In this document: piece after piece, positions 25,186-37,142 of the stretch
Numbering within the stretch: position 1 is the stretch's first letter
Layout of the letters: the number at the start of each line of letters is the position of its first letter
Assembly: GCF_004010195.1 (NCBI RefSeq)
Contig: NC_057711.1
Coordinates: forward strand, 75,387,764 to 75,451,763
Length of the DNA stretch: 64,000 bases
Source of the DNA: Chiloscyllium plagiosum
Lineage: Eukaryota
Reading direction: 5' to 3'
Made by a program: the position numbers and the translations under genes
Notes under the pieces: model-generated
What the model was told of the DNA's origin: nothing
Databases searched by the model: none
The model's input: the letters and a program-made list of their open reading frames with translations, nothing else

Positions 25186-26007
25186 GAATTATCTGGAGAA
25201 GAAAATTGAAAAGGGGTTAGCTGAGGTGCACAGAGCTTTTATACATGCAATGCGTAAATGGCTGCCTTCTACGCTGTAACCATTCTATGATTCCAAACAA
25301 CAAGAGCAGGGTCAGACAAATACACTGCACAGCTCTCTGGTGTTATAGATTACCTTCAGTCTTCACCGACTGGAGAATTTGAGCATACTTCTGCATGCAG
25401 ATTCCATTCAAATAAAACAGGCAAGTAAGTTGAACTTTTATTTGTCTTCATGACAATAACACCAAGATATTTGGAGGTAGCTGGGATCTGATGACTTTGG
25501 ATCTCTGGTAATTTTGAAGGCATGATTCAAGATTCTAGAAGGTATCTGGTAGCTGGCTGCCTGAGAAGACTGCGGCTGTATTTAAAGATTCTCCAGATCT
25601 TGACCAGAAAGCTGGCTTATTGTGGGATTATTTCTCAGCAATCAAAATGGGCCAAGAAAGAAAATATCGGCATTCCTCGGCCTGGATTGTTGTTAATATT
25701 CGATATACTTCTCCCATTTAGTGATTGGAGAGTCGAGCCAGGAAAATTGGCCTGTATGTTATTTTAAAAGACCAAATAATGTACAATCACCTCAAGATTT
25801 TTATACTCCCTTCAGTCCTTCTCTGTATATTAAAATAATGCTATATCTCAGTAATAAACTGCATAGCTTTGCAAAGGCACAGATGATGAAAATTATGTTT
25901 TATAGTGTATTCCTATCGATTTATTTTTCATGATATTTAGATATATCAAAATAGAGGTATTGTGCATCCAACATCTGATAGGAACTGTTAGAGCCAATGG
26001 AACAAAT

Positions 26008-26371
26008 TCATAGAATCCCTACAATGTGGAAGCGGGCCATTCAGCCCATTGAGTCCCCACCGATCCTCCAAAGAGCGTCCTACCCAGGCACAATCCTCTC
26101 CCCTACCCTTCAAAACTCTGCATTTTCCATATCCATAGCAAATCCACCTAACCTACACATCCCTGGACACTATGGGCAATTTTAGCATGTCCAATCCACC
26201 CAACCTGCATGTCTTTTGAAGTGTGGGAGGAAATCGGAACACCTGGAGGAAACACACAGACGTGGGGAGAATGTCGATGTAGAACTTGCACAGTTGCCCA
26301 AGGCTGCAATCGAACCCAGGTCATAGGGCTGCTGCCTCACAGTGCCAAACCACTGAGCCATCATGCTGCCC
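26008..26371 (-). mobile_element. Older HE1-type SINE
   Basis: The reverse complement starts GGGCAGCATGATGGCTCAGTGGTTTGGCACTG..CTGGGTTCGATTGCAGCC and contains TCCTCCAGGTGTTCCGATTTCCTCCCACAC, followed by a LINE-like tail. Confidence 0.88.
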
Positions 26372-28221
26372 CAACTAATGTCTCACATCAGCTTGCTGGC
26401 ATTGTGAAAAGTGAGAGAGGTTTTTCTCTGTGTTGCCCATTAGAATTGTACAAAACAAAATCAGTGTCTGGATTACATTTTTTTATGAGATGTATTGGGA
26501 AAATTGGAGTAAAAAACTCAATCATTCTTTGTCCTTTTAGCAGCAGAACTTCATAGGATTTTTTTTTAATCATTCCAGTGGATCTTTTTCCCAAATGCAA
26601 GTAATCTCCACTAAATGGCTGACTATAAGAGGAAATTTACAGTTTTCCCTGCAGGCTACCAATCTATTAGAAGCAACTGCAGTCAACTACCTGTGTTAAT
26701 AGGAAAGTTTGAAACCAGTCCTCAGTGGCTATCTATAGTTGGAACATAATAACAGTCAAGGACAAAATAAGGCCAATCAATTCCTCCAAGCTCTTTCCTC
26801 TGTACTCTAAGTCTCTGCCTTTAGTTTTCAGTTGAACCAGTTATGATGGAAAAGGGTGGATGTCAGGGGCTTCAGCTACCAATTGGAGCAACAGAATGAC
26901 ATCCACTTAAATCCTTTAAATCCTTAAAATCCTTTAGAACAAGGTCCACCACACCTTGTTCCATTCAGGCATTTGGCAAGTAGAGTTGCAGGATTAAAGA
27001 CCATGGGATTCAAAGTCCACCGCTGAGAGATGCAACCAATCAGAGGCTAACAGCTCCATTGAACAACAACTATTTGTTGTTTGGCAGATACTTGACAGAG
27101 TTCAATATTGAATCAACTTACACCCACATCCATTACATCTGTGATCTTTGGGCCTAAGGCATGAAGATCACTAAAACTAGAAACCTTTTATTGTAAGGCC
27201 CTAAGGCTAAAATGGTTTCAGTCAAGCTGTGAACAATATTAGTGGTAGCAATGAACACTTTATCGATTGCATTAGCCAGCAGATTTGCCATTCAATATGA
27301 TGGCAAGTTAAACATCTTCATCAAAGTGAGAGTTAAATAGTGGGGGTGGGTGTGAGGCTTTTGCAGTTTTAACTGCCAGTCATTACCTTTTATATCACTC
27401 CTTAATTCTCAAACCTAATGAGTGCTTTGTAAACTAAAGATTCTAGTCGACAGCTCAACAAGATATTGTCTTACCATATAATGCAACACAGCTGCTTAGC
27501 TGCACACGTGTTCCCAGAGTCTTTCAAACGACACTTATCTTCACTCCAGTCTCTAATTAAGAAATATACCAGACAATGAGAAAGTAATTCACTACTGAAG
27601 GAAATCTCATCAAAGATCAGTCAGTAATTGTAGGAGGAGGATTTTTTTCAGGGAAATTGAACAATATAATCTTCACTTATAACAGCAGTGCCGGCCATCT
27701 AATTATTATTTTCTGTGAACAAGAAAAAGAATTTTCCATCTGAATCTTTCAATAATTTGTATGTGTTCCAGGTGAATCATTTGCAGCAGCGAGGAGAAGA
27801 TCTGAATTAAATTCTGACTGGGACTAGAGATAAATACATGTGCTGTCAATTAAAATATAGAAGTACTAACTAACTATTGTTAACTGTAAATAGAGGTGTT
27901 TAAATGTTCAGATCCACCCTTACTGACATTAACGTTCAGTAGTTGTAAAAGTATCTTCCCTGCCCTGCCACCACCCACTCCCTACCACCCAGGATCCACC
28001 TTTCAGCATCTTCTTTTCCTAATGGTATCAAAGTCCAGTTTCCATGACACTGTAATTATGGGTAAACACTAAAACACTATTTGCACTTTTAAAAAGTTGA
28101 TCATGTATGTTATCATCTCAAGTTTTGAGAACAGTGTCTGGAGTTCTTGCAACATTTATGATTAAAATATAAAAGTGTTAACTAACTATTATTAACTCAA
28201 TAGAAATGCTTAATTGTTCAG

Positions 28222-28332
28222 ATTCCCAAAATGTTGAATCTCCTGCTCCTCAGATGCTGACTGACCTGCTGTACTTTTCCAACACCTCACTCTGACTCTG
28301 ATCTCCAGCGTCTGCAGTCCTCACTTTCTCCT
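28222..28332 (+). mobile_element. Short PLE terminal fragment
   Basis: TTCCCAAAATGTTGAATCTCCTGCTCCTCAGATGCTG..CTCCAGCGTCTGCAGTCCTCACTTTCTCC, a CpG-decayed match to 45880-45991. Confidence 0.85.
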
Positions 28333-28399
28333 AACACTTATTAGATGTATCAGATACCTCATATAATATGTAAAATTGTTTAAAGTTTGAATTTTGAAC

Positions 28400-29024
28400 T
28401 AGAGGCATGTGGGTATTGGCCTATATGTATAAGGTGTTTTAATGATTAACTTAAGATTCTGGAGGTTGTTTTGTGAGATGGAGAAAAAGTGTGTGAGAGT
28501 CTGTTGGAATTTAGATGTAAGAAACCGTTCCTTCTTGTGAGAGGAATTAGTTTAGAACAGTTAGGAAGCAAGTGCTTTAATTGAAAACTCCAAATCAGTG
28601 GTGTTTGGTTTAAACTCTGAAGGGGTTATTTGAATCTGAGAAATTCTAAGCTCGTTTCCAGGATGAATCAAGAAAAAGGCTCTATAATTCTTGAGGCATG
28701 GAACTGAAGGACACAGATCAAAACTATAGATACAATCAAGAAGGGAATTTTCTGGTGTTTGAGTACTTTACAGATGGTGTTGGAATAGATGGAATTGTAT
28801 TTTTACCATATGTTTTTAATGTTTCAATTTGTGCTGAATATGAAGAGCTTGGTTCATTCTAATTTTTCTTTCATTGTTAGAATGAAATCTTCAGCATTGT
28901 GTGCTTGTATTTCAGTGGAAGTTCACTTTTTTTTGTTAAATAAAAGATAATATGGCCTATCAAGCCAGATATCAGTCTGGAATCTGACTTGTATGGTAAT
29001 ACCATCAGATGGGATCATATAACA
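28400..29024 (+). mobile_element. Dispersed repeat, probably a solo LTR (left end uncertain); second copy at ~55550-56364
   Basis: Blocks TTGGTT.AAAC.CTGAAGGG.TTATTT, ATGAAATCT.CAGCA.TG and CTATCAAGCCAGAT.TCAGTCTGG.ATCTGACTTGT are shared with the second copy. Both end GATCA..AACA (LTR-like ...CA). Confidence 0.55.
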
Positions 29025-29039
29025 ACTCATGTCTTTGTG

Positions 29040-29455
29040 AGGAAATGAAAAGGCAAAGCGGAGAAAGAAAGTAATAGGCATCTCTAAATGTTAAGAAATT
29101 GTGCAGAAATACATAAATAGAGAAAATATGAGGGAACAGAGAGAGAAGCAGCAATTCTGTTCCTGCTTGTAAAAGGCCATAATATAAAATGACTAACAAG
29201 AAAAGTGAATGCGCTGTGAGGATAAAAATCTTATTCCATGCACAGAGTGCCTGAAAGTGAGGTGGAAATGCTTTTGAGGTTTAAGAGAGACATTCATGAG
29301 GGAATAAAAAGTTATTTGAATAGAAATATTTGTACAGGACTATGTTGACAAATCAGGAGCTTGGCACCACATCATAGTTCTTATTCAGAGAATCCATGTC
29401 AGCACAGTGAGTCAAATGGTGGTCATCTTCTGCGCTACAACCATTCTGTGATTCT
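29040..29455 (+). mobile_element. Old CR1 3' end, decayed
   Basis: Decayed ORF2 end followed by the tail CTTCTGCGCTACAACCATTCTGTGATTCT. Confidence 0.55.
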
Positions 29456-30640
29456 GGGATAATGGAGAACATTCTTGATCATTGAACTGAATGACGTTAC
29501 TTCATTCCAATCTCAAATTAAGGGATATATAAAGTCATTTCTGAAAGAAATCTCCAAAGCATTCATATCACTCACCAACACCTTCTCAAGGACAGTTAGG
29601 AAATGGGCAATGAACACTAGCCTCGTCATCTATGTCCTTATTCTGAGAAAGGAAGTAGCATTCTTGTACCCTTTTATTTAAAACAATTTGCTGACATTAG
29701 CACAGTTACTGTTGTTACAGTTGTGCTAATTCTTTGACATGCTCCCTTTAGCATGGCTTCTGCTGGGAACGCGTTGTCATATAAATGATACTAATATTTC
29801 AACAGGGATTTCATCTGTGGTATGAATATCAGCCTGAAATGCAGAGTTTTATTAGAATGATTAATTTGAAAATAAAGTTTTAAAGTTTTGTTTCTTCAGT
29901 TTTTCACTTTGATTTTATTTACCTCATTATGCCTGGATTGTGTCTGGCAAAATTTTGTATTGAGTTCTTCAAAATTACTTTGTATTTAGCTGCCAGAAAA
30001 TGTGGGAGTCAGGACCATCCTTGGAATTCTGTGTATCCCAACAGGATGAAATATCAGTTCTATTTGGTGCTTCTGTTAGATCAGCTTATGAACTCCGGTA
30101 TAAAGATAATACAACACAACAGGCTTGTGAGCAAAGTTTTAGCTCATAGAATAAAAGAGACTGCAGAACTTCTGATATAGATTTGGTTGAGTGACAGCAA
30201 TCAGAGTGGTGGTTATTGGATGTTCTTTGGGCTGAAGGATGGTTTGTAGTGGAGTTCCCCAGTTGTCAGGGTTGGGGCCTTTGCTTTTCCTGATATATAT
30301 GAATGAAATTGCACCTGTATACCAAGAACCAATGTGCAGACAATTCAAAGCTCAGAAACATTTATAATCTGAGGAGAATAGAGTAGAAATTCAAAAGGAT
30401 GCAGACCAATTTGTGAAGTGAACACAGTTCAATGTGAAAAAGTGATGTGTTTCATTTACTTAGGAAGAACCGTGGAGAGACAATCCAAAATAAAAATAAC
30501 AAATCTGAGGAGAGGGACCGAACTATATATGTGCAAATCCATTAAATGTTGAAGGACAAGTTTAGAGAGTGATTAACAAAATATACAGTATCCTAGTTTA
30601 ACAGACATAGAATACTAGAGCAAGGAGGTTTATGTTGAAC

Positions 30641-31215
30641 CATAGCTGGTCATTGTAACACCACGTCTCGCTCACATTCCCACTTGTCTGTCCTTGGCAT
30701 GCTACAATGCTCCACTGAATTACAGCACAAACTGGAGGAAGAACCTCTCATCTTCAGATTATCACTTTACAACCTTCTGGACTTTAATATTGAGTTCAAC
30801 ACCTTCAGATTATGAGCACACCACTATTCCTTCCCTTTCTTTTAGCATTACTTGTTGCATTCTGTGTCACCATGTCATTTTTCTCTCTCCCCACCTCCCA
30901 TCCCAGTGTGACACTGTTCATTCTAGTGTGGCAGCTAGATTCCATTGTTCTGCTATTCTCACATTTCAATTACTTAAACTCATCTATCAACATCCTTTGT
31001 CCCCAGCACTCCACCTCCTTCCCCCACCGCCCCCATCCCACCACCAATCGCCCAATGCATAAATTCTACCCCCTCCACACCATGTTGGCTGTGTTGAAGA
31101 GTCATCTCGACTCGAAACATTACCTTGCTCTTTATGGATGCTGCCTGACCCACTATGATCTCCAGTATGTTTTGTTTTCAGTATAGATTCCAGCATCTGC
31201 AGTATTTTGCTCCTA
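30641..31215 (+). mobile_element. PLE 3' part: GIY-YIG endonuclease C-terminus, pseudo-LTR and decayed hammerhead
   Basis: Translates IAGHCNTTSRSHSHLSVLGMLQCSTELQHKLEEEPLIFRL/TLQPSGLNIEFN. GTGTTGAAGAGTCATCTCGACTCGAAACATT (31091-31121) is a decayed hammerhead. The terminus is TTCCAGCATCTGCAGTATTTTGC. Confidence 0.85.
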
Positions 31216-31466
31216 TCAACTTGTAAGGCACTAGCTTAGCCTTAACTGGAATACTGTGTCCAGTTGTGATGCTGCACAATAGGAAAGAACTAAGGCATGA
31301 GAGGAAGTGCGGGAAAGATCCATGAGACTGGTTCCAGTGATGAAGAACATCAGTTGTGAAAATAGGTTTGGTAAAGCTGGGACTGCTTTTCCTTGAAGAT
31401 CGAGAAATATGATAACGTATTCAAAACCACAAGGGGTCAGGCCAGAGTAGGTAGGGAGAAATAGCA

Positions 31467-31730
31467 AGGCAAAAGTGAGGACTGCAGATGCTGAAAATCA
31501 GAGTCTAGATTAGAGTGGTGCTGGAAAAGCACAGCCGGTCAGGCAGCATCCAAAGAGCAGGAAGATTGACATTTCAGGGAAAAACTCTTCATCAGGACTG
31601 AAGGCAGAGAGCCTACAGGATGGAGAGATAAATGGGAGCAGGGTGGGGCTAGGGAGAAGGTGCAAAGAGTACAATGGGTGGATAGGGGTGGGGATGGAGG
31701 TGATAGGTCAGAGAGGAGGGTGGAGTGGAC
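31467..31730 (-). mobile_element. PLE pseudo-LTR fragment with decayed hammerhead
   Basis: AGGCAAAAGTGAGGACTGCAGATGCTG..GGCAGCATCC. The reverse strand reads CCTGATGAAGAGTTTTTCCCTGAAATGTC at 31596-31568. Confidence 0.88.
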
Positions 31731-32651
31731 CCATTTGTGAAAGAACAAGAGGGCATTTAGTCCAATAAGCAAAAGAGATCGAGATAAAGCTTTTTCATGT
31801 ATAATGAGCGGTTATGGTCATGAATTCAGACCCTGAAACTGTGGTAAAGGTAAGTGCAATTCATGCAGTCAACATGGGAGTTGATGTTACTTGCAAAGGA
31901 ATTTTGTGCAGATGGTGAGGAGGATGGTGCTAAGTGGAATGTTTATTTGGAGAGCTAGTGAGACAAAATGGCCTTCTGCACAGTAATAATTAACCTAATC
32001 TGGATTAAGTGGACCTTTTGGATGATACATGAGTACTAACCAATTTGATATTTGCTGTTCTTCCAGTGATACGTAAGTACATATTGCATGCCATGCTGAA
32101 TGCTTCAGTGTGGGTTTTTGGCTTATATCCAACTTCATTTTTCCCATTGATTTAAGAGATGGGCATGCTGCTTATCCCTAAATTCCCTTCAAAAGGTGGG
32201 GAGTTCAGTTGTCTTCTTGAACCCCATACAATACATCTACTCATTGACAGAATTATTGAATTCCAGGATTTTAGCCCAGCAAATATGAATGATTGGTAAT
32301 TTGCAAATAATGATCTATAACTTGGAGGTTCCTATAAAACTGTTTTCCCCATTCCTTCTAGTTGATAAAATCTGCTTGCTAATGTTACTGCAGTGCACCT
32401 TGTAGATTTTTTTAGGAATGTGGTAGGGACAGATGGTAGCATGGTGGTAACTCATCGAATTAATAATCCAAAGACCTTGGGAAATACTCCACAGGAAGAA
32501 TTCAATTATGAAGTCTGGAATATAAACATAATCCCAGTACTATGAGCCACAGCAGCTTTTGCCAATTGTTGTAATGAATCTGGTTCACTAATGTCTGTTG
32601 GGTCTGCAATAGCTTCTAAAACCAAGGACCATTAAGGATGGGCAATAAATA

Positions 32652-32679
32652 CTGATGAAGGGCTTTTGCCCGAAACGTC
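32652..32679 (+). ncRNA. Minimal type-I hammerhead ribozyme core of the PLE type; best-preserved copy in the window
   Basis: CUGAUGA, an extra A, stem II GGGC-UUUU-GCCC, GAAA, then a loop-less palindromic helix III (ACGU) and a GUC cleavage triplet. The 5' strand of helix I was lost by truncation. Confidence 0.75.
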
Positions 32680-32773
32680 GATTTTCCTGCTCCTCTGATG
32701 CTGTCTGACCTGCTGTGATTTTCTAGCACCATTCTGATCTAAACTCTGGTTTCCAGCATCCTCACTTTTGCCT
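32652..32773 (+). mobile_element. ~120-bp PLE terminal insertion beginning at the hammerhead core, with an 11-bp TSD
   Basis: AATAAATACTG occurs at 32644-32654 and 32774-32784, flanking CTGATGAAGGGCTTTTGCCCGAAACGTCG...CCAGCATCCTCACTTTTGCCT. Confidence 0.92.
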
Positions 32774-34475
32774 AATAAATACTGGCCTGCCCATTTACAC
32801 TTGTATTGCAGTAAAAGATGGGGAAAGAAAAGACATTGCTGACACTGTATGCTAGCGTTGGAGGGAACTAATGTAACAGAACTCCAGAACTTTAGCCTGA
32901 CATGTTGGTGTTGAGTTACTTTACTTTGTTAGTTGCATGTTGCTTCTACTGCTTAGTGTTATTTCATAACACTGACAGATTTGTAATCTACCTACTGTTC
33001 CTGGATTACTCCTCATTGAACAAGGGTTGGTTCAATAATGGCAAAGTTAGGTGCATGCCAGGCCAATAAATTACAAATTGTGTTGGATTACAATTCTGCT
33101 ATTGTTGATAGCCTAAAGTGCCTTGCACTTATTCAGTACTGAGTTCTTAGATATGTTCCAAGTTTATGCCACAACATTATAGTTGTGCCAGAAGTAGCAA
33201 TAGAAATAGGCTCAACTCAACAATTTACCGAGGGGCTGAACTTTGTGAAGGAAACAGGAAGCATGAGTTGAGTAAGTTTCTGATTCCACAAATTCAACTC
33301 CATTAAGATGCTAAACAAAAAAAAAACAAAAAACTGCAGATGTTCACTGCCTAAAGTGGCCACCAAGGTACATGGATGGAGATGTCATAAGAGCAGAAGA
33401 CCCACTTTTGTCTGGGAGATGAGATCAGTTGCAACCCTGATTCCTTGGATTTTGTCCCTCATATTCCCACCCATAGGCTATGCTGCCTAACCCAAAGTTC
33501 GCATGCTCTCTCAATTCCTTCACAGTCTCTCCATGATTGCATCATCCATGTCCACTCTCCCATGATCTACTTTGTACACAACCAGTGAGCTGTTGCCAAG
33601 TCTGGGAGGTCATCTAAAATGCTCCTGACTCTGACATAATAAGAGACCTTGAAAATTGACTGGAAAAATAATTGCTCGCTTGTAATTTAAGCATATTTGA
33701 AATGTCACAAAACATGACTTGTAACCTGACTAATACATATTTCTCATGCCGCATCCTAAAACAGATGAACTCGTCATTTATCTCTCTTTTTTTCTTGTCT
33801 TTCAAAAACTTTATTTACAAGTTGCTATGTTTGTTTCAGTACCTTCAAAAATAATTGCTTAACTCTGTTTTGTTTTGAGATATCCTAATTTAATTAAAAA
33901 TGATTATATTAATGCGAATCTTTTACTTAAAATGTCCATTACAAAGTGATGTGCTTACGCAAATCAAGTACATAATTAGATATATTAAAGAGGGCAATGG
34001 CCTCTCATTCAATACAATGAATTGTATTAGTTTTTATTAGAATTGAACATTATTTCAAATAAATAAATTAAGTCACAAATAAATGGTAGAGAGATTTCAA
34101 CTTGATGATGACATCCAATGTCATTTTGGAGAATTCTCAAAATGAAGATTTGATGTCTATTCCTAAAAACTGCAATACTACACCACAATTTATACATTGC
34201 CATAATGGTCAAGGGATAAAGTAAAATCCAATCCAGTCATGATTTTGACATGACACTGGACAGTGTAGGTTAAAATAAAAGATATCCCTTTTTCGAATTA
34301 AGTTTAGTACAGGGATACATGAGTACAGCGAAGTGTATAAAGTCATCATTTCCTGCACCAAAGATACCTAGGTGCAAAATCTTAGGTATAAATTAGAAAA
34401 ATAAAGGTAAAAGCCTCCCTAAAGCTAGCATTCTGTGCTGGGCTTCCTAGAAAACGGGAATCCAAGCTGATCTCC

Positions 34476-34667
34476 AGTTTAAATTGCATGAAGTGAAGAT
34501 GTACTACTGCACCCCAGCCCACCATTATTGTTCAAACAATTTGAAATGAAGTAGCCACTTCATGACACAATAGATACATTCCCTCTATTGTGCAGATTTC
34601 AAGAGTTTAACTTCTTCCCATTATCTCTCCCTCAAGCTTGATAGCATAGCTATTGGATAAATATATT
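34476..34667 (+). repeat. ~190-bp direct repeat, copy 1 (copy 2 at 36343-36529)
   Basis: AAATTGCATGAAG..GATGTAC.ACTGCACCCCAG.CCACCATTATT...TTGTGCAGATTTCAAGAGTTTAACTTCTTC.CATTATCTCTCCCTCAAGC is present in both copies. Confidence 0.9.
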
Positions 34668-34837
34668 ATCCCTTAGCATGCTGTTTGCACTGATTTTAAT
34701 CTGTATCACCCTTATGGTAACAAATGCACACTAATGTGATTTTTACATTATAAAGCAAATGAAAGCTGTGTAGTTTTGTTTAGCATTATCAGGGAACCAG
34801 TGTACCTGTGGATTTGATCCCTTTTTTCTTGAAATGC

Positions 34838-36082
34838 TTTGCTGAGATACTTGTATCATCGATAGTCACAGGTGAGGTGCCGGAAGACTGGAGGATGGCA
34901 AACGTGGTGCCATTGTTGAAGAAGAGCAGTAAAGACAAGCCAGGGAAGTATAGACCGGTGAGCCTGACCTCGATGGTGGGAAAGTTGTTGGAGGGAATCC
35001 TGAGGGACAGGATGTACATGTATTTGGAAAGTCAAGGACCAATTCGGGATAGTCAACATGGCTTTGTGCGTGGGATATCATGTCTCACAAACTTGATTGA
35101 GTTTTTTGAAGAAGTAACAAAGAAGATCGAGGGCAGAGCAGTAGATGTGATCTATATGGACTTCAGTAAGGCGTTCGACAAGGTTCCCCATGGGAGACTG
35201 ATTAGCAAGGTTAGATCTCATGGAATACAGGGAGAACTAGCAATTTGGATACAGAACTGGCTCAAAGGTAGAAGACAGAGGGTGGTGGTGGAGGGTTGTT
35301 TTTCAGACTGGAGGCCTGTGACCAGTGGAGTGCNNNNNNNNNNNNNNNNNNNNNNNNNNNNNNNNNNNNNNNNNNNNNNNNNNNNNNNNNNNNNNNNNNN
35401 NNNNNNNNNNNNNNNNNNNNNNNNNNNNNNNNNNNNNNNNNNNNNNNNNNNNNNNNNNNNNNNNNNNNNNNNNNNNNNNNNNNNNNNNNNNNNNNNNNNN
35501 NNNNNNNNNNNNNNNNNNNNNNNNNNNNNNNNNNNNNNNNNNNNNNNNNNNNNNNNNNNNNNNNNNNNNNNNNNNNNNNNNNNNNNNNNNNNNNNNNNNN
35601 NNTTTACAAGGATGTTGCCAGGGTTGGAGGATTTGAGCTACAGGGAGAGGCTGAACAGGCTGAGGCTGTTTTCCCTGGAGCATCGGAGGCTGAGGGGTGA
35701 CCTTATAGAGGTTTCCAAAATTGAGGGGCATGGATAGGGTAAATAGACAAAGTTTTTTCCCTTGGGTCGGGGAATCCAGAACTAGAGGGCATAGGTTTAG
35801 GGTGAGAGGGCAAAGATATAAAAGAGACCTAAGGGGCAACTTTTTCACGCAGAGGGTGGTACGTGTATGGAATGAGCTGCCAGAGGATGTAGTGGGGGCT
35901 GATGCAATTGTAACATGTAAGAGGCATTTGGATGTGTATATGAATAGGAAGGGTTTGGAGGGATATGGGCCGGGTGCTGGCAGGTGGTACTAGATTGGGT
36001 TGGGATATCTGATCAGCATGGACGGGTTGGACCGAAGGATCTGTTTCCATGCTGTACATCTCTATGACTCTATGACTCTATG
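34838..36082 (+). mobile_element. Young HER1-like CR1 LINE (RT to 3' end) with assembly gap 35334-35602
   Basis: Reads EVPEDWRMANVVPL..YRPVSLTSMVGKLLE..SQHGFVRG.SCLTNLIEFFEEVTK..DFSKAFDKVPH. Ends in a (CTATGACT)n tail. Confidence 0.96.
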
Positions 36083-36342
36083 CTGTGTTAACAACTTCAA
36101 TTATAATTGTTTAATTGGAGCTTAAAATGGAGAAACACTTCATTAATCCTAATTTCTCCACTGTCTAAATAATTGCCTACTAAAACATACAAAATATTTC
36201 AGCTTGCTCATATGCTCCATCCATTTGAATTACGCTGTCTCTAAACACAAATGTATTTTTAACTCTTGTGAGATAAATTTGCTTTCTGCAGCTGATTTCT
36301 CTATAGTTCATTTATGATTTTATGTTGTACTTTAAAACCTCA

Positions 36343-36529
36343 AGTTCAAATTGCATGAAGATGTACCACTGCACCCCAGTCCACCATTATTATTAAAACA
36401 ATTTAAAATAAAATAGTCATTACATGACACGTCAGACACATTCCCACAATTGTGCAGATTTCAAGAGTTTAACTTCTTCACATTATCTCTCCCTCAAGCC
36501 TGGTAGTATAGCCATTGGACAAATATATT
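36343..36529 (+). repeat. ~190-bp direct repeat, copy 2
   Basis: Matches 34476-34667 at roughly 80-85% identity by eye. Confidence 0.9.
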
Positions 36530-36905
36530 CAGTTTAGTAATTTTATGTTGATAGTGCTTTTCTGATTAGTTTTTATGCCTGTATATAGTCTCTGACCATT
36601 CTTAGTTGTAGTAGGTTGCTTTAAATCACTCTTGCTTCCAGAATCCGCTTTTTTGTTATTTATTTCTTCAATAATTCCTTGTTTCATGCAAAATTCTCAG
36701 CTGACAGTTATAGCCTTACTGCAGGCAACTAGTAATTCCTTTGGGCTCTTGAGTATTCCAATCTCACAAGGAAAATATATTTATACAAAGTCAAATTATT
36801 TGATCTATATTTCTTCCTTGCCTGTGATAGTAATTTGACTAAATTCATCCAGGAATCAAACGAATATTCAGGAATATTTTGACATCTAGTCAGTTACGTT
36901 AGGAA

Positions 36906-37142
36906 GGGATCCTTCTAGTCTGTGCTGCAGGGAAAGCTCTCTCAGGTTAGATCAGGGACTGCAATTATTATTAATTGCGGGCTTGTTAACTTCGTGCCAA
37001 ATCTATGCTTGCCATTGTGTTAATGCTGTTCCCTATTGAGGTCAATTTGCCTCCTGATAGTTAAGAGTAGTCATAGAGTCATGAAGATTTACAGCATGGA
37101 AACAGACCCTTCGGTCCAACCCGTCCATACTGACCAGATATC
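36906..37142 (+). repeat. 237-bp duplicate of 38136-38370 (unique flank plus a CR1 3' end)
   Basis: Direct repeat with ~6 substitutions and one 2-bp indel. It includes the flank/CR1 junction TTAAGAGT|AGTCATAGAGTCAT. Confidence 0.95.

Larger units (their letters stand above)
30110..31995 (+). mobile_element. Old CR1 RT/3' portion hosting two PLE insertions
   Basis: Reads HNRLVSKVLAHRIK and GTAGTGGAGTTCCCCAGTTGTCAGGGTTGGGGCCTTTGCTTTTC (SGVPQ.S.LGPLLF). It resumes after 31215 and again after 31730. Confidence 0.75.
32425..32815 (+). mobile_element. Decayed DeuSINE (SacSINE1-like) interrupted by a PLE fragment
   Basis: Contains AGATGGTAGCATGGTGGTAA..TAATAATCCA, the Deu-like block ATCTGGTTCACTAATGTC and the tail ATTAAGGATGGGCAATAAATACTGGCCTG. 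Confidence 0.7.

Noticed and set aside
34808..35737. Long ORFs of 309, 283, 225 aa etc. spanning N-runs (also 38381-39232 and 60883-61560)
   Set aside because: Their length is inflated by assembly gaps (35334-35602, 38534-39019, 61257-61327). The real parts are CR1 ORF2 fragments, not host genes.
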